This document shows, piece after piece, positions 1 to 12,463 of a DNA stretch of 64,000 nucleotides. Source of the stretch: Alphaproteobacteria bacterium UBA3760 (GTDB taxonomy: Bacteria > Pseudomonadota > Alphaproteobacteria > Rs-D84); the NCBI GenBank assembly GCA_002371155.1, contig DFGC01000010.1:740-64739 (forward strand), written 5' to 3'. How positions within the stretch are numbered: the stretch's first letter is position 1; every line of letters begins with the position of its first letter. Under the pieces are notes generated by a model. The model had not been told where the DNA came from, ran no database searches, and worked only from the letters and a program-made list of their open reading frames with translations. The translations under genes were made by a program, and so were the position numbers.

Positions 1-1
1 A

Positions 2-853
2 ATCGCAACAACCCATTATAACGAAACCAAATTTGCGCCGGTGGAAACGCGGTTGGACGCGGCGGTTGCGGCGGTGGATACTGTCGTGACCCAGACGATG
101 AATCAGGCGCAGGCGATTGACCAAATTGCCACAAGCAAGCAAACCCGCCCGGACGAGGGCTGCACGGCGAAATATTGCCTGTTGGTCGAAGACGAAGACG
201 GCACGCCGCATTGGTATCCAATCGCCGGCGCGAACGGTGTAGAATATGTTTTACCCGCGGGGTATACTCAACTAACCTATATACAGTCTGATGGTAGTCA
301 GATGATAAATACAGGGTATGTTTTACAAGAAACTGATAGTGTCGAGGTTGATTATAAACTTACAGATTTGACCAGAACTAATGATAAATTTATACTGGGG
401 GCACAACCTGTTTCAGGTGCTTCAGGTTATTTTTGGGTTGAAACATATAACGACGCCAATAATTGGTATGTAAGGTATGGTTCTGGAACATCGGCAAATA
501 CTTATGGTTCTGTTACACCAACATCACAATTAAGCGGAACGCTGGCAGTTAGTAAAAACAGTTTTGTTGTAAATGGTGTAGAAATACTGACACCGGACTT
601 TGTCAGTATGCCAACAAACCCAATGACAATATTTAACAGAATTTCACTTGATGGTTCTATTGCGAATAATGGTGCTTCTGCCCAAATTAGTGAAGTGAGA
701 GTAAAAAATGGAAACAACCTTGTTCACAGATATATAGCCGTTCGTAATAGTAATAATGAACTGGGTATGTATGATTTAATGGATTCAAATCCGGCGACGG
801 CATTCTATACCAACGCCGGGACGGGAACATTTACCGCCGGGCCGGATATGTAG
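2..853 (+). CDS. Tail-fibre-like protein, C-terminal portion (5' end outside window)
   Basis: The frame is open from base 2 to the TAG at 851-853, so the GTG at 41 is probably internal. The C-terminal ~200 aa carry YIQSDGSQMINTGY ... ELGMYDLMD ... FYTNAGTGTFTAGPD, the same ordered motifs as the ORF at 58705-59634. I associate this pattern with prophage tail-fibre tips (from memory, unverified). Confidence 0.55.
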   Translation: MATTHYNETKFAPVETRLDAAVAAVDTVVTQTMNQAQAIDQIATSKQTRPDEGCTAKYCLLVEDEDGTPHWYPIAGANGVEYVLPAGYTQLTYIQSDGSQMINTGYVLQETDSVEVDYKLTDLTRTNDKFILGAQPVSGASGYFWVETYNDANNWYVRYGSGTSANTYGSVTPTSQLSGTLAVSKNSFVVNGVEILTPDFVSMPTNPMTIFNRISLDGSIANNGASAQISEVRVKNGNNLVHRYIAVRNSNNELGMYDLMDSNPATAFYTNAGTGTFTAGPDM

Positions 854-882
854 TTTGGTATTATATTCACATTATAAAAAAA

Positions 883-905
883 ATACCCCGGGTTGCCGGG
901 GGTAT
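883..905. terminator. Hairpin between convergent genes
   Basis: An ATACCCCGG / CCGGGGGTAT stem-loop with an A-run before it and a T-run after it. It lies between the stop at 853 (+) and the stop at 908 (-). Confidence 0.6.
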
Positions 906-907
906 TT

Positions 908-4507
<3,600 letters not shown>

Positions 4508-4518
4508 AGGGAAAAGAT

Positions 4519-6090
4519 ATGGTTCAATACTTAAACAATAATAATTCTGGTTTTTCTGCATGGATGGCGGCGCAAAATAATAATGCACCCCGTCGTTCGC
4601 GATTTGGAACATTTTTATGGTGGACATTTTTGTTCTTGGTTGCATGGTGGATTGTTGGTTTGTTTATAACCCCATCAACCCCAGAAAACAGTGCGCCTGT
4701 GTCTGATACAACGGTGTTGGTTGATGTGTCAAATGTGCCGTTAAACACAATTTCGTCTGACACTATTTCCGCAGATGTCCGCGGATTGCGTGTATCGAAC
4801 ATAGATTTGAAAAATTATGCGAAATCATCATCTGATGCAACGCCGGTGCGTTTGATTGACGGCAACGCATTTATTGAAATCGGATTGACACCAAATGGCA
4901 CAACCGCACCAACGGCAACAACGGTATGGAAAAAATCTGGGGACAATATGATTTGGCGCAACCCAGACGGTGTGGAATTTTCGCGCAATATTACAACAGA
5001 CGGCTATTTAATAAAAATCACAGATACAATAAAAAATAATTCTAAGCATAGTTTTTCATTTGCGCCATACGCGCGTGTTGTGCGTGCCGGAAATAATACT
5101 GATTCTGCAGGGGTATATACGGGTTCGGTTGCGTATGTCAATAATGATCTGGAACATAACGCGTGGCGTAAAATGGATAAAAAATCATACGCATACACAA
5201 CGACATCTGGGTTTGTTGGATTCGTTGACCAATATTGGGAAACGGTTGCGAACATTGATTCGCCTGACCAAACAATGCGCATAAAAAAGCAGGGCGATTT
5301 ATACGATGCGGGCGTTGTCGCGGCACCTGTGAATATTGCGGCGGGCGACACACGCACAATCACAACAAATGTTTTTGCCGGTCCCCGCGACAGAAATATT
5401 CTGAAAACGGCAAACACGACAATAAACGGTATTATTGAATCGGTTGATTATGGGTGGTTTTGGTTCTTGGCGCGTCCGATGTTGTGGTCAATAAATGCGA
5501 TTCATAAATTCGTAATGAATTACGGATTGTCGATAATCATATTTACAATTTTAATAAGAATTTTAATGTGGCCATTGACACGTAAATCATATACTTCGAT
5601 GATTGCAATGCAGAAAATGCAGCCTGAATTGCAACGCGTGCAAAAATTATATGCCAATGACAAATCGCGCATGCAAATGGAAATGATGCGTATATATCAA
5701 ACACATAAAACATCGCCGATGTCTGGGTGTTTGCCAATGTTGATTCAGATTCCCATTTTCTTTGCGTTATACAAGGCTTTATTGATATCGGTTCAAATGC
5801 GCAACGCACATTTTTTATGGATATCTGATTTGGCAACGATGGACCCATACTTTATATTGCCGATTTTAATGGGGGCAACAATGTGGTTGCAACAATATTT
5901 GCAATCGAACAAAACAGATACATCAAATCCAAATGACATCGCGGCACAAACGGCGAAAACGATGAAATGGATGCCGATTTTATTCACGATAATGTTTGCG
6001 TGGATGCCGGCGGGTTTGGTGTTATATTGGACTGTGTCGAACATATTTGGTATTGGTCAAATGATGTGGTTAAAACATAAATCAAAATAA
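4519..6090 (+). CDS. yidC: Membrane protein insertase YidC
   Basis: N-terminal TM segment, a large periplasmic domain, then the conserved core MQKMQPELQRVQKLYANDKSRMQMEMMRIYQTHKTSPMSGCLPMLIQIPIFFALY. Confidence 0.92.
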   Translation: MVQYLNNNNSGFSAWMAAQNNNAPRRSRFGTFLWWTFLFLVAWWIVGLFITPSTPENSAPVSDTTVLVDVSNVPLNTISSDTISADVRGLRVSNIDLKNYAKSSSDATPVRLIDGNAFIEIGLTPNGTTAPTATTVWKKSGDNMIWRNPDGVEFSRNITTDGYLIKITDTIKNNSKHSFSFAPYARVVRAGNNTDSAGVYTGSVAYVNNDLEHNAWRKMDKKSYAYTTTSGFVGFVDQYWETVANIDSPDQTMRIKKQGDLYDAGVVAAPVNIAAGDTRTITTNVFAGPRDRNILKTANTTINGIIESVDYGWFWFLARPMLWSINAIHKFVMNYGLSIIIFTILIRILMWPLTRKSYTSMIAMQKMQPELQRVQKLYANDKSRMQMEMMRIYQTHKTSPMSGCLPMLIQIPIFFALYKALLISVQMRNAHFLWISDLATMDPYFILPILMGATMWLQQYLQSNKTDTSNPNDIAAQTAKTMKWMPILFTIMFAWMPAGLVLYWTVSNIFGIGQMMWLKHKSK

Positions 6091-6108
6091 ATTGTCAGGG
6101 GAATAAAA

Positions 6109-7155
6109 ATGTTAAATATAATTAAAAGTTTATTTGGGCCGCGTGGCATAAAAATAACTGCGGGTGAATTGGCGGAAAAGTTTGGATTGGAATTGCGTGG
6201 TGATAAAAATGCGGTTGTGCGTGGTGTTGCACCAATCGCCGATGCACGCCCGGGACAACTGGCATTTTATTCAACTGAACAAAACAGCAGTGCATTCAAA
6301 ATATTGCCGATTGATGTGTTGCGCAAAACGCGTGCAACGGTAATTTTGTTGCAACCGGCGCAAATCAATGATGCACCAAATGGCGCGACATTGTTGATAA
6401 CCGATACTCCGCGCGGGAACATTGTAAAAATATTGGGTGAAATTTATCGTGAAAAACCGCGTTTCGGGGTCAGTTCCGATGCTCGTGTTGAACGCGGTGT
6501 GTTTTTTCGTTCACGCAAAACAAATTATGTTGGACAATTTGCAACGATTGAACGCGGCGCGGTGATTGAACCGGGGGTTAAAATTTATCCTGGTGCATAC
6601 ATTGGTCGCAATGTTTCGTTGGGGCGGGGCACAATCGTGCACAGTGGCGCACACATTGAAAACGCAACAATTGGCGCAGATTGTGTTATAAATGCAAACG
6701 CGGTAATTGGTAAAAACGGATTTGGATATACACGCCAAAACGGAAAAAATGTTTTTATCCCGCATGTCGGTCGCGTTGTATTGGGCGACCGTGTGTCTGT
6801 TGGTGCAAACACGTGTATTGACCGTGGCGCAATGACTGATACGGTTGTGGGCGACGGCACAAAAATAGATAACCTGTGCCAAATTGCACATGGTGTTGTT
6901 ATTGGTCAAGAATGTTTCTTGGCGGCATGCACCGGATTGGCGGGCGGAACGGTTATTGGTGATCGCACATTATTGGCGGGAAATGTTGGTGTCGCAAACG
7001 GTGTTCACATTGGCGACGATGTCGAAATTGGTGCAAAAAGTGGCGTGTTCAGAAATATTCCATCTGGGGCCCGGGCAATGGGATACCCTGCGGCGGTTGG
7101 TATGGAATTTTTCCGCAATTACGCATGGTTGCGCAAACATGCAAACAAAGATTAA
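6109..7155 (+). CDS. lpxD: UDP-3-O-acylglucosamine N-acyltransferase
   Basis: LpxD-type N-terminal domain ([12 protein letters not shown]...PGQLAFY) followed by long left-handed beta-helix hexapeptide repeats. Confidence 0.9.
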   Translation: MLNIIKSLFGPRGIKITAGELAEKFGLELRGDKNAVVRGVAPIADARPGQLAFYSTEQNSSAFKILPIDVLRKTRATVILLQPAQINDAPNGATLLITDTPRGNIVKILGEIYREKPRFGVSSDARVERGVFFRSRKTNYVGQFATIERGAVIEPGVKIYPGAYIGRNVSLGRGTIVHSGAHIENATIGADCVINANAVIGKNGFGYTRQNGKNVFIPHVGRVVLGDRVSVGANTCIDRGAMTDTVVGDGTKIDNLCQIAHGVVIGQECFLAACTGLAGGTVIGDRTLLAGNVGVANGVHIGDDVEIGAKSGVFRNIPSGARAMGYPAAVGMEFFRNYAWLRKHANKD

Positions 7156-7160
7156 ATTTT

Positions 7161-7373
7161 TTATCGATACAGGTCGGCATTTGCCGACTTCTTTTTTGCA
7201 TTTTTTACATCAAACACAACCCAATCCCATGGCACAATCAATTTAACCTCGTTCTGGGTATCATACGGCACACCACCGGTTGCATCTGGTTCAGCGGGGG
7301 TACTGACCCATTCGGATACCTTGTTGCAACCAGAAAACATCAACATAAATAAAGACAGTAAAATAACTTTCAT
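7161..7373 (-). CDS. Small putative lipoprotein
   Basis: 70 aa. N-terminus MKVILLSLFMLMFSGC has a lipobox-like FSGC. No family recognised. Confidence 0.45.
   Translation of the reverse strand: MKVILLSLFMLMFSGCNKVSEWVSTPAEPDATGGVPYDTQNEVKLIVPWDWVVFDVKNAKKKSANADLYR
7173..7197 (+). terminator. Rho-independent terminator after lpxD
   Basis: GTCGGC-ATTT-GCCGAC hairpin followed by TTCTTTTTT. It overlaps the 3' end of the minus-strand small ORF. Confidence 0.7.
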
Positions 7374-7520
7374 CTATCGCCCGCAAATCACAATATAATT
7401 ATACCTAATTTTCGCAATTATTGCAATAGGCATAGATGTTTTGATTTGCTTTTGTTTCCAAAAAGTTGTATTTTTAACGAACTTGTCGTTTTTTTAATAT
7501 AAACAAGGGTGATGTTGATT

Positions 7521-8084
7521 ATGACCAGTATAGATAAAAATCCAGATATATCAGAAATCCGAAAACATTTTAATTTTTATCAAACACGCGTTTTACCACA
7601 TGTTGAATTATGCGCAACGCAAAGTCCGGACGGTTGCCATGCATTGCATAAACATACGGCATCTGTTGTTTTTCGTGGCATAGATTATGCGATGTCATTA
7701 AATGAAAATCCAATACCGGTTATATTTGCGTCGGCATTTCATGATATGGCGCGCACACATGACGCGTGGGATACGGCGCATGGCGCAAACGCGGTTGATG
7801 GCGCAAAAAAAATAATGAAAAATTTTTCAGGTATTTTATCAACCAATGACATGGAAAAAATAATTTATGCAATTATAAATCATACAACCGGAACGCGCGC
7901 CCCGGATTATGTGTCTGCGTGTCTGTGGGACGCGGACAGAACGCGCCTGTCGTGGTTATATGGATATGATGCCGGATTTTTCAATACCGAACGCGGAAAA
8001 TATGTTGCGTCCCACGATTGGAAAAATTATATAGATTTCCAAAAACAATGTTTTCCAAATTTATTTTGGTCGCATGAATGTTGA
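7521..8084 (+). CDS. HD-domain protein (putative metal-dependent phosphohydrolase)
   Basis: His...HD...D pattern (HALHKH, AFHDMAR, LWDADRTR). Start set at ATG 7521, which has AAGGGTGA 9 nt upstream. In-frame alternatives exist at 7509 and 7512. Confidence 0.55.
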   Translation: MTSIDKNPDISEIRKHFNFYQTRVLPHVELCATQSPDGCHALHKHTASVVFRGIDYAMSLNENPIPVIFASAFHDMARTHDAWDTAHGANAVDGAKKIMKNFSGILSTNDMEKIIYAIINHTTGTRAPDYVSACLWDADRTRLSWLYGYDAGFFNTERGKYVASHDWKNYIDFQKQCFPNLFWSHEC

Positions 8085-8116
8085 AAAAAACCGGCAATTT
8101 TGCCGGTGTTTTTTTT
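8084..8116. terminator. Bidirectional terminator
   Basis: A-run, ACCGGCA-ATTT-TGCCGGT hairpin, then T-run. Lies between the stop at 8084 (+) and the stop at 8118 (-). Confidence 0.8.
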
Positions 8117-8117
8117 G

Positions 8118-9137
8118 TTAAAATTCAACCTTTAATGCGGCGGCCAAAAATGGCTTTTTGCTGGTCAAACCGATGGATGTCCAAACCGATACATTTTCAC
8201 TGTATTTATACCGGGTTGAAAATATTGCGGTGTGGTCATAATATTTTTCCATGTCATCATGCCAAATGCCGGTATGCGAATACATATACGACAAAGACAA
8301 CGAATAATTCAGAACATCATAACTGACCCCGGTTCCCGCCGAAATACCATCGCCCGCAACACCGACCGGTTTTTCATCATAAATTGCGACCACAGATGTT
8401 CCCCAAATCCAACTGTTATATTGTAAATTAAATCCGACCGAACCTTGGGCGCGCCAATCGGCGAATATATCTGGGGCATATGTTGCGGCACTGAACCCAC
8501 GTGGGGAATCCATATACGATGCCCCCAATGATATTGCAGATTTTAATTTTCCATTTGGGAATCTGAATTTTATACCACCATCAATCGCGTAATCATAATC
8601 ATCGCCCAGACCACTGACCGACAAACCATATTGACCAATATTTGTTGGCACACTTACCAAATTTACACGCGGTGTATCATGTCCCGTTGTTACGGTTATA
8701 TCTGGAATAACCGCGCCTTTGGGTGAAATTTTTTTATAAAATAATGGTTTATGATTCACGCGCAATCCGCCAACATCAGGGATTCCAACACTTAATTTAC
8801 GTGCCACCGATGAAGTATATCCAACCTCGATACGACCAATATCTTGGATTTCCCACAATGCAAACGCATCGTGTGCAAAATCATGGTCATCTAAACTTTC
8901 CGAATCATATTCATAAACCAAACCCAATGTTTGTCCGCGTGCAACGGCATAGTTATATTTTGCACCAACCTCGAAATCACCCAAGAACAATGTGTCCTTG
9001 AATTCGGGTTCTATAACCCCCGCCGACCCTGATGCATCGAATCGAAACACATGGCGACCATTATTGTATTGCAACGCATTTGCAGAATTAACGACCGCAA
9101 ATGATAAAATAAAACCACCCAAAACGATTTTTTTCAT
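8118..9137 (-). CDS. Outer-membrane beta-barrel protein (porin-like)
   Basis: Signal peptide MKKIVLGGFILSFAVVNSANA, alternating beta-strand pattern, and a C-terminal AALKVEF ending in Phe. Its start ATG shares one base with the rpoH stop (TAATG). Confidence 0.7.
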   Translation of the reverse strand: MKKIVLGGFILSFAVVNSANALQYNNGRHVFRFDASGSAGVIEPEFKDTLFLGDFEVGAKYNYAVARGQTLGLVYEYDSESLDDHDFAHDAFALWEIQDIGRIEVGYTSSVARKLSVGIPDVGGLRVNHKPLFYKKISPKGAVIPDITVTTGHDTPRVNLVSVPTNIGQYGLSVSGLGDDYDYAIDGGIKFRFPNGKLKSAISLGASYMDSPRGFSAATYAPDIFADWRAQGSVGFNLQYNSWIWGTSVVAIYDEKPVGVAGDGISAGTGVSYDVLNYSLSLSYMYSHTGIWHDDMEKYYDHTAIFSTRYKYSENVSVWTSIGLTSKKPFLAAALKVEF

Positions 9138-10051
9138 TATTGTTCTCCATTTGTTTCTTTCAGTATAGCATCACGCAATTTTTGATATGCGCGTTCCTCA
9201 ATTTGTCGCACGCGTTCGCGCGAAATTCCGTATTTTTGTGATAAAAATTCCAAAGTTGGTGCGGGGTCCGACAATCGGCGCGCTTGTAATATTTCGCGTT
9301 CGCGTTGTGGTAAATCGCCCAGATGTTTTCGTAATAATTCATATCCGCGTTTTTTGAATTCCAACTGTTCTATTGCGTCTTCGATTCCGACCTTGTCATC
9401 AGACAAATTTGATAAAATATCATGTGCATCCGCATCATTATGTGCCGGCGAATTTAACGACACATCGCGCGCACCGATTCGACGCGACATGCGCGATACA
9501 TCATTTTCAGACACATTTAAATAATCCGCAATTTGTCGTGTTTGGTCCGAATTCAGGTTGTTATCCATAATTCCCAATGCGCGTTTTGCCCGTGCCAGGT
9601 TAAAGAATACGCGTTTCTGATTTGCCGATGTTCCAATTTTTACAATCGACCAATTATTCAGAATTGTTTCATAAATTTCAGCCTTGATCCAAAACATGGC
9701 ATATGTTGAAAATCGAAAACCGCGTTCGGGGTCAAATTTTTGTAACGCCTGCATCAAACCCATATTCCCAGACGCGATTAAATCAGCCACCGGCACGCCA
9801 TAATTTTTGAAATCATACGCAACCGACACAACCAACCTCAGGTGTGATGCCACCAATTTTTCAGCCGCCACCGAATCTTTATTTTTGACCCATTGGCTTG
9901 CATATTCATATTCTTGTTCGGCGGACAAAATAGGGTATTTCTGAATACTTTGTATATATTGTGCCAACCCCGATTCGTCACTGACCCCGCGGGCGGCGAC
10001 AATACCGTTATTTACATTTGCCGGCAAAGTATTCTTGATTTGCTTTTTCAT
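9137..10051 (-). CDS. rpoH: RNA polymerase sigma-32 (heat-shock sigma factor)
   Basis: Sigma-70 family regions 2 and 4 (YGISRERVRQIEERAYQKLR), plus an RpoH-box-like QKRVFFNLARAKRAL between regions 2 and 3. Confidence 0.88.
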   Translation of the reverse strand: MKKQIKNTLPANVNNGIVAARGVSDESGLAQYIQSIQKYPILSAEQEYEYASQWVKNKDSVAAEKLVASHLRLVVSVAYDFKNYGVPVADLIASGNMGLMQALQKFDPERGFRFSTYAMFWIKAEIYETILNNWSIVKIGTSANQKRVFFNLARAKRALGIMDNNLNSDQTRQIADYLNVSENDVSRMSRRIGARDVSLNSPAHNDADAHDILSNLSDDKVGIEDAIEQLEFKKRGYELLRKHLGDLPQREREILQARRLSDPAPTLEFLSQKYGISRERVRQIEERAYQKLRDAILKETNGEQ

Positions 10052-10103
10052 AACTTTTATAGTATATCATAAATTATGAATTATCAAGAACAGGAGATAA
10101 AAA

Positions 10104-10769
10104 ATGGCAAGCATCCTTGACAGGAAAAAAAATATGAAACCGGCAACCCCCAAAAAAACGCGCGAAGATTACGCCGAAGATGCACTTTATCGCGAGGTTT
10201 GGGAAGATGTGAACAACGAAAAAACAATCGCGTTTTTCAAGAAATATTCTAAACAAATGATTGGCGGTGTTTTGGCAATACTGATTATTGTTGCGGGATA
10301 CCAAATCGGTGTTCGCACATATCGCGCAAATCAAATGGAAATGGCGGTAAAATATGAAACCGCATTGGAAAAAACAGATGTAAATGCGCTGGCATCTATT
10401 GGGGAAAATGGACGCGGTGCAAATGCAGATTTGGCAATGTTTCAATCATACGCATTGGACAAAGATAACAAAGATATTAAAAAATTAGAAACATTGGCGG
10501 AACATGGAAATACTCGCGATTTTCGTGATTTGGCGCGTCTGCATGTTGTTGGTGCGCGCGGTGATGAAATGACGGGCCGCGATGTTGAAAAATATTTGTC
10601 TGAATTAAACACAAAATCATCGCCATTTTATTACACCGCAATGTTGACAATTGCACAAAAATATTTATCCGAAGGCGACACCGACGCGGCAAATAAATGG
10701 TTGGATAAAATTTTGTCTGACGACGATTGTCCGGCGGAAATAACCGGTGTCGCACAGACATTAAAATAA
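10104..10769 (+). CDS. YfgM-like TPR membrane protein
   Basis: Charged N-terminus, one TM (MIGGVLAILIIVAGYQIG), then a helical repeat region. It lies directly upstream of a BamB-like lipoprotein gene, matching the yfgM-bamB arrangement known from proteobacteria. Confidence 0.55.
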   Translation: MASILDRKKNMKPATPKKTREDYAEDALYREVWEDVNNEKTIAFFKKYSKQMIGGVLAILIIVAGYQIGVRTYRANQMEMAVKYETALEKTDVNALASIGENGRGANADLAMFQSYALDKDNKDIKKLETLAEHGNTRDFRDLARLHVVGARGDEMTGRDVEKYLSELNTKSSPFYYTAMLTIAQKYLSEGDTDAANKWLDKILSDDDCPAEITGVAQTLK

Positions 10770-10788
10770 ATCCCGGGGGGAAAACATT

Positions 10789-11520
10789 ATGCGTAAATTT
10801 GCATTGTTTTGTTGTTGTGTTTTTGCATTGGGCGCGTGTGATAAACACGACCCAATTTTGCCGGGTGTTCGGACGGCAATTTTTGATTCGTCGGATGATG
10901 TAAATATGTTAAATACATCTGTCCCAGATTTGCCGGACGCGGCACCTGTGCGTGTTGTAAAAAAATGCGAATTTACAATTGATGGAACAAATACGATTCG
11001 CGATGGTAATAATAACAAGATTTTTGTTGGTTTCCCATCGTCAAATTACATAGATATAAAAACATATCCGGTGTGTGATGATAATTATGTTTATGCGGGA
11101 TTAAATACGGGTAATGTTGTGAAAATCGCACCTAAATCGCGTCGTGTTATGTGGATGGCGGATGTGTATGCCGAATCGAATATGATGGGTGGCGCGGCAA
11201 ATGTTGATATTGTTGCCCCGATTGTATTGGATGGCGAATATTTATACGCCGGTGGTGTTGGCAATGCGTTTTGTAAAATAAAATCATCGAACGGTTCTAA
11301 AAAATGGTGCAATTCAATCGGCACGCGTTTTCCATTTGTAGTATTAAAAAATGTGGCATATATAACTGGTATGGATGACGCGTTATATGCGGTGCGTTTA
11401 ACCGATGGCGCGGTATATTGGAAAACAAAATTGAAAAATGTTGCGGCACCAAAATATGATAATACAAGAATAATCGTTGGGCGTGAAACATTTGACGCAT
11501 CAAACGGACAAAAATTATAA
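10789..11520 (+). CDS. Short BamB-like PQQ-repeat lipoprotein
   Basis: Lipobox FALGAC. Repeated beta-propeller-like units (YVYAGLNTGNVVKI, YLYAGGVGNAFCKIKSSNGSKKW, ALYAVRLTDGAVYWKTKL). Only 243 aa. Confidence 0.55.
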   Translation: MRKFALFCCCVFALGACDKHDPILPGVRTAIFDSSDDVNMLNTSVPDLPDAAPVRVVKKCEFTIDGTNTIRDGNNNKIFVGFPSSNYIDIKTYPVCDDNYVYAGLNTGNVVKIAPKSRRVMWMADVYAESNMMGGAANVDIVAPIVLDGEYLYAGGVGNAFCKIKSSNGSKKWCNSIGTRFPFVVLKNVAYITGMDDALYAVRLTDGAVYWKTKLKNVAAPKYDNTRIIVGRETFDASNGQKL

Positions 11521-11521
11521 A

Positions 11522-11550
11522 ATCTGACATTTTTATGTCAGATTTTTTTT
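11522..11550. terminator. Terminator hairpin
   Basis: ATCTGACAT-TTTT-ATGTCAGAT followed by a T-run. It overlaps the last codons of the minus-strand ORF that ends at 11533. Confidence 0.75.
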
Positions 11551-11874
11551 CAGATATTTATATAAAGCATCGGGTGTTTGAATCCAAAATTTTTTTATTC
11601 CAACCGATTGTTTTACATAGTTCACACATGTCCACGCGTGGCGGTTAAATTTTTGTGGTGTGCGGTGCATAAAAACAAAAACCCAACCGTGCGATTCCAG
11701 TTGGGCAATACCGCGTTCACTAATCGCGATACGAACAACATGATTCCGGTGAACAAATTGATGCAAAGACATTGTTTTTGCGCGCTTTGTAATAATAACA
11801 CAGTGTTTGAAATGCCGGCAAATTATACGCGGTATCAACTTTGATGTTTTATCAGAAAAACCAATGATGACCAT
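11533..11874 (-). CDS. Hypothetical protein (possible permuted papain-like hydrolase)
   Basis: Start ATG 11874 is preceded by GGGGG. A His-before-Cys arrangement (FKHCVIITK ... WTCVNYVKQSVGI) faintly recalls permuted NlpC/P60-type amidases. This is weak. Confidence 0.4.
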   Translation of the reverse strand: MVIIGFSDKTSKLIPRIICRHFKHCVIITKRAKTMSLHQFVHRNHVVRIAISERGIAQLESHGWVFVFMHRTPQKFNRHAWTCVNYVKQSVGIKKFWIQTPDALYKYLKKNLT

Positions 11875-11889
11875 GTTTACCCCCAATAT

Positions 11890-12234
11890 TTAATCTATCC
11901 AATTTTTTTTGCGTGCTGCATTTTCCAAAACATCCATCGCAGATTTCCATAAATTTGCGTCATGGTTTTCTTGCCATATATATTGATGTGGTGCGCGTCG
12001 TTTATCGCCATATTTTTTCATAACGCGTAATTGTTCTTCGCTTAAATTTCCAGACAAATACAGTTTTGTAATTAATGTTTCCACATCCAATAATTCACAA
12101 ATTTTTCTGGAACCGGACCGATGATTTTGGACAAATCCCGATTGAACATATTTGGAATAAATAAACCAGAACCACATTTGTTCGGCATCATGAAATTTTT
12201 CCAAATTATCATTTGGTTGAATTGCGTTATTCAT
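11890..12234 (-). CDS. Hypothetical protein
   Basis: Start ATG 12234 has AAGGAGA upstream (the ORF-track start at 12420 is unlikely). 114 aa, no family recognised. Confidence 0.5.
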   Translation of the reverse strand: MNNAIQPNDNLEKFHDAEQMWFWFIYSKYVQSGFVQNHRSGSRKICELLDVETLITKLYLSGNLSEEQLRVMKKYGDKRRAPHQYIWQENHDANLWKSAMDVLENAARKKNWID

Positions 12235-12408
12235 ATTATTTCTCCTTTGTTTTTTCAAGTTGTTGTTTTTTATACAAAAACCGATTGTGTTTGCCAAATA
12301 ATACAACCCGGGGTTGATGGTCGAATCGAAAAACTTGTTTATTAGCAATATTTTCCTATTTGACCGCGAATCGACAACACGCATGGTTTTTATATATGGT
12401 TTATTTAA

Positions 12409-12446
12409 TAAAAAAAACACACATCTTTCGATGTGTGTTTTTTTTT
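12409..12446. terminator. Bidirectional terminator immediately after virB10-like gene
   Basis: A8 run, ACACACATC-TTTC-GATGTGTGT perfect hairpin, then a T8 run. Located 18 nt beyond the stop at 12464. Confidence 0.85.
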
Positions 12447-12463
12447 ACACTGTATTCCCCGCA

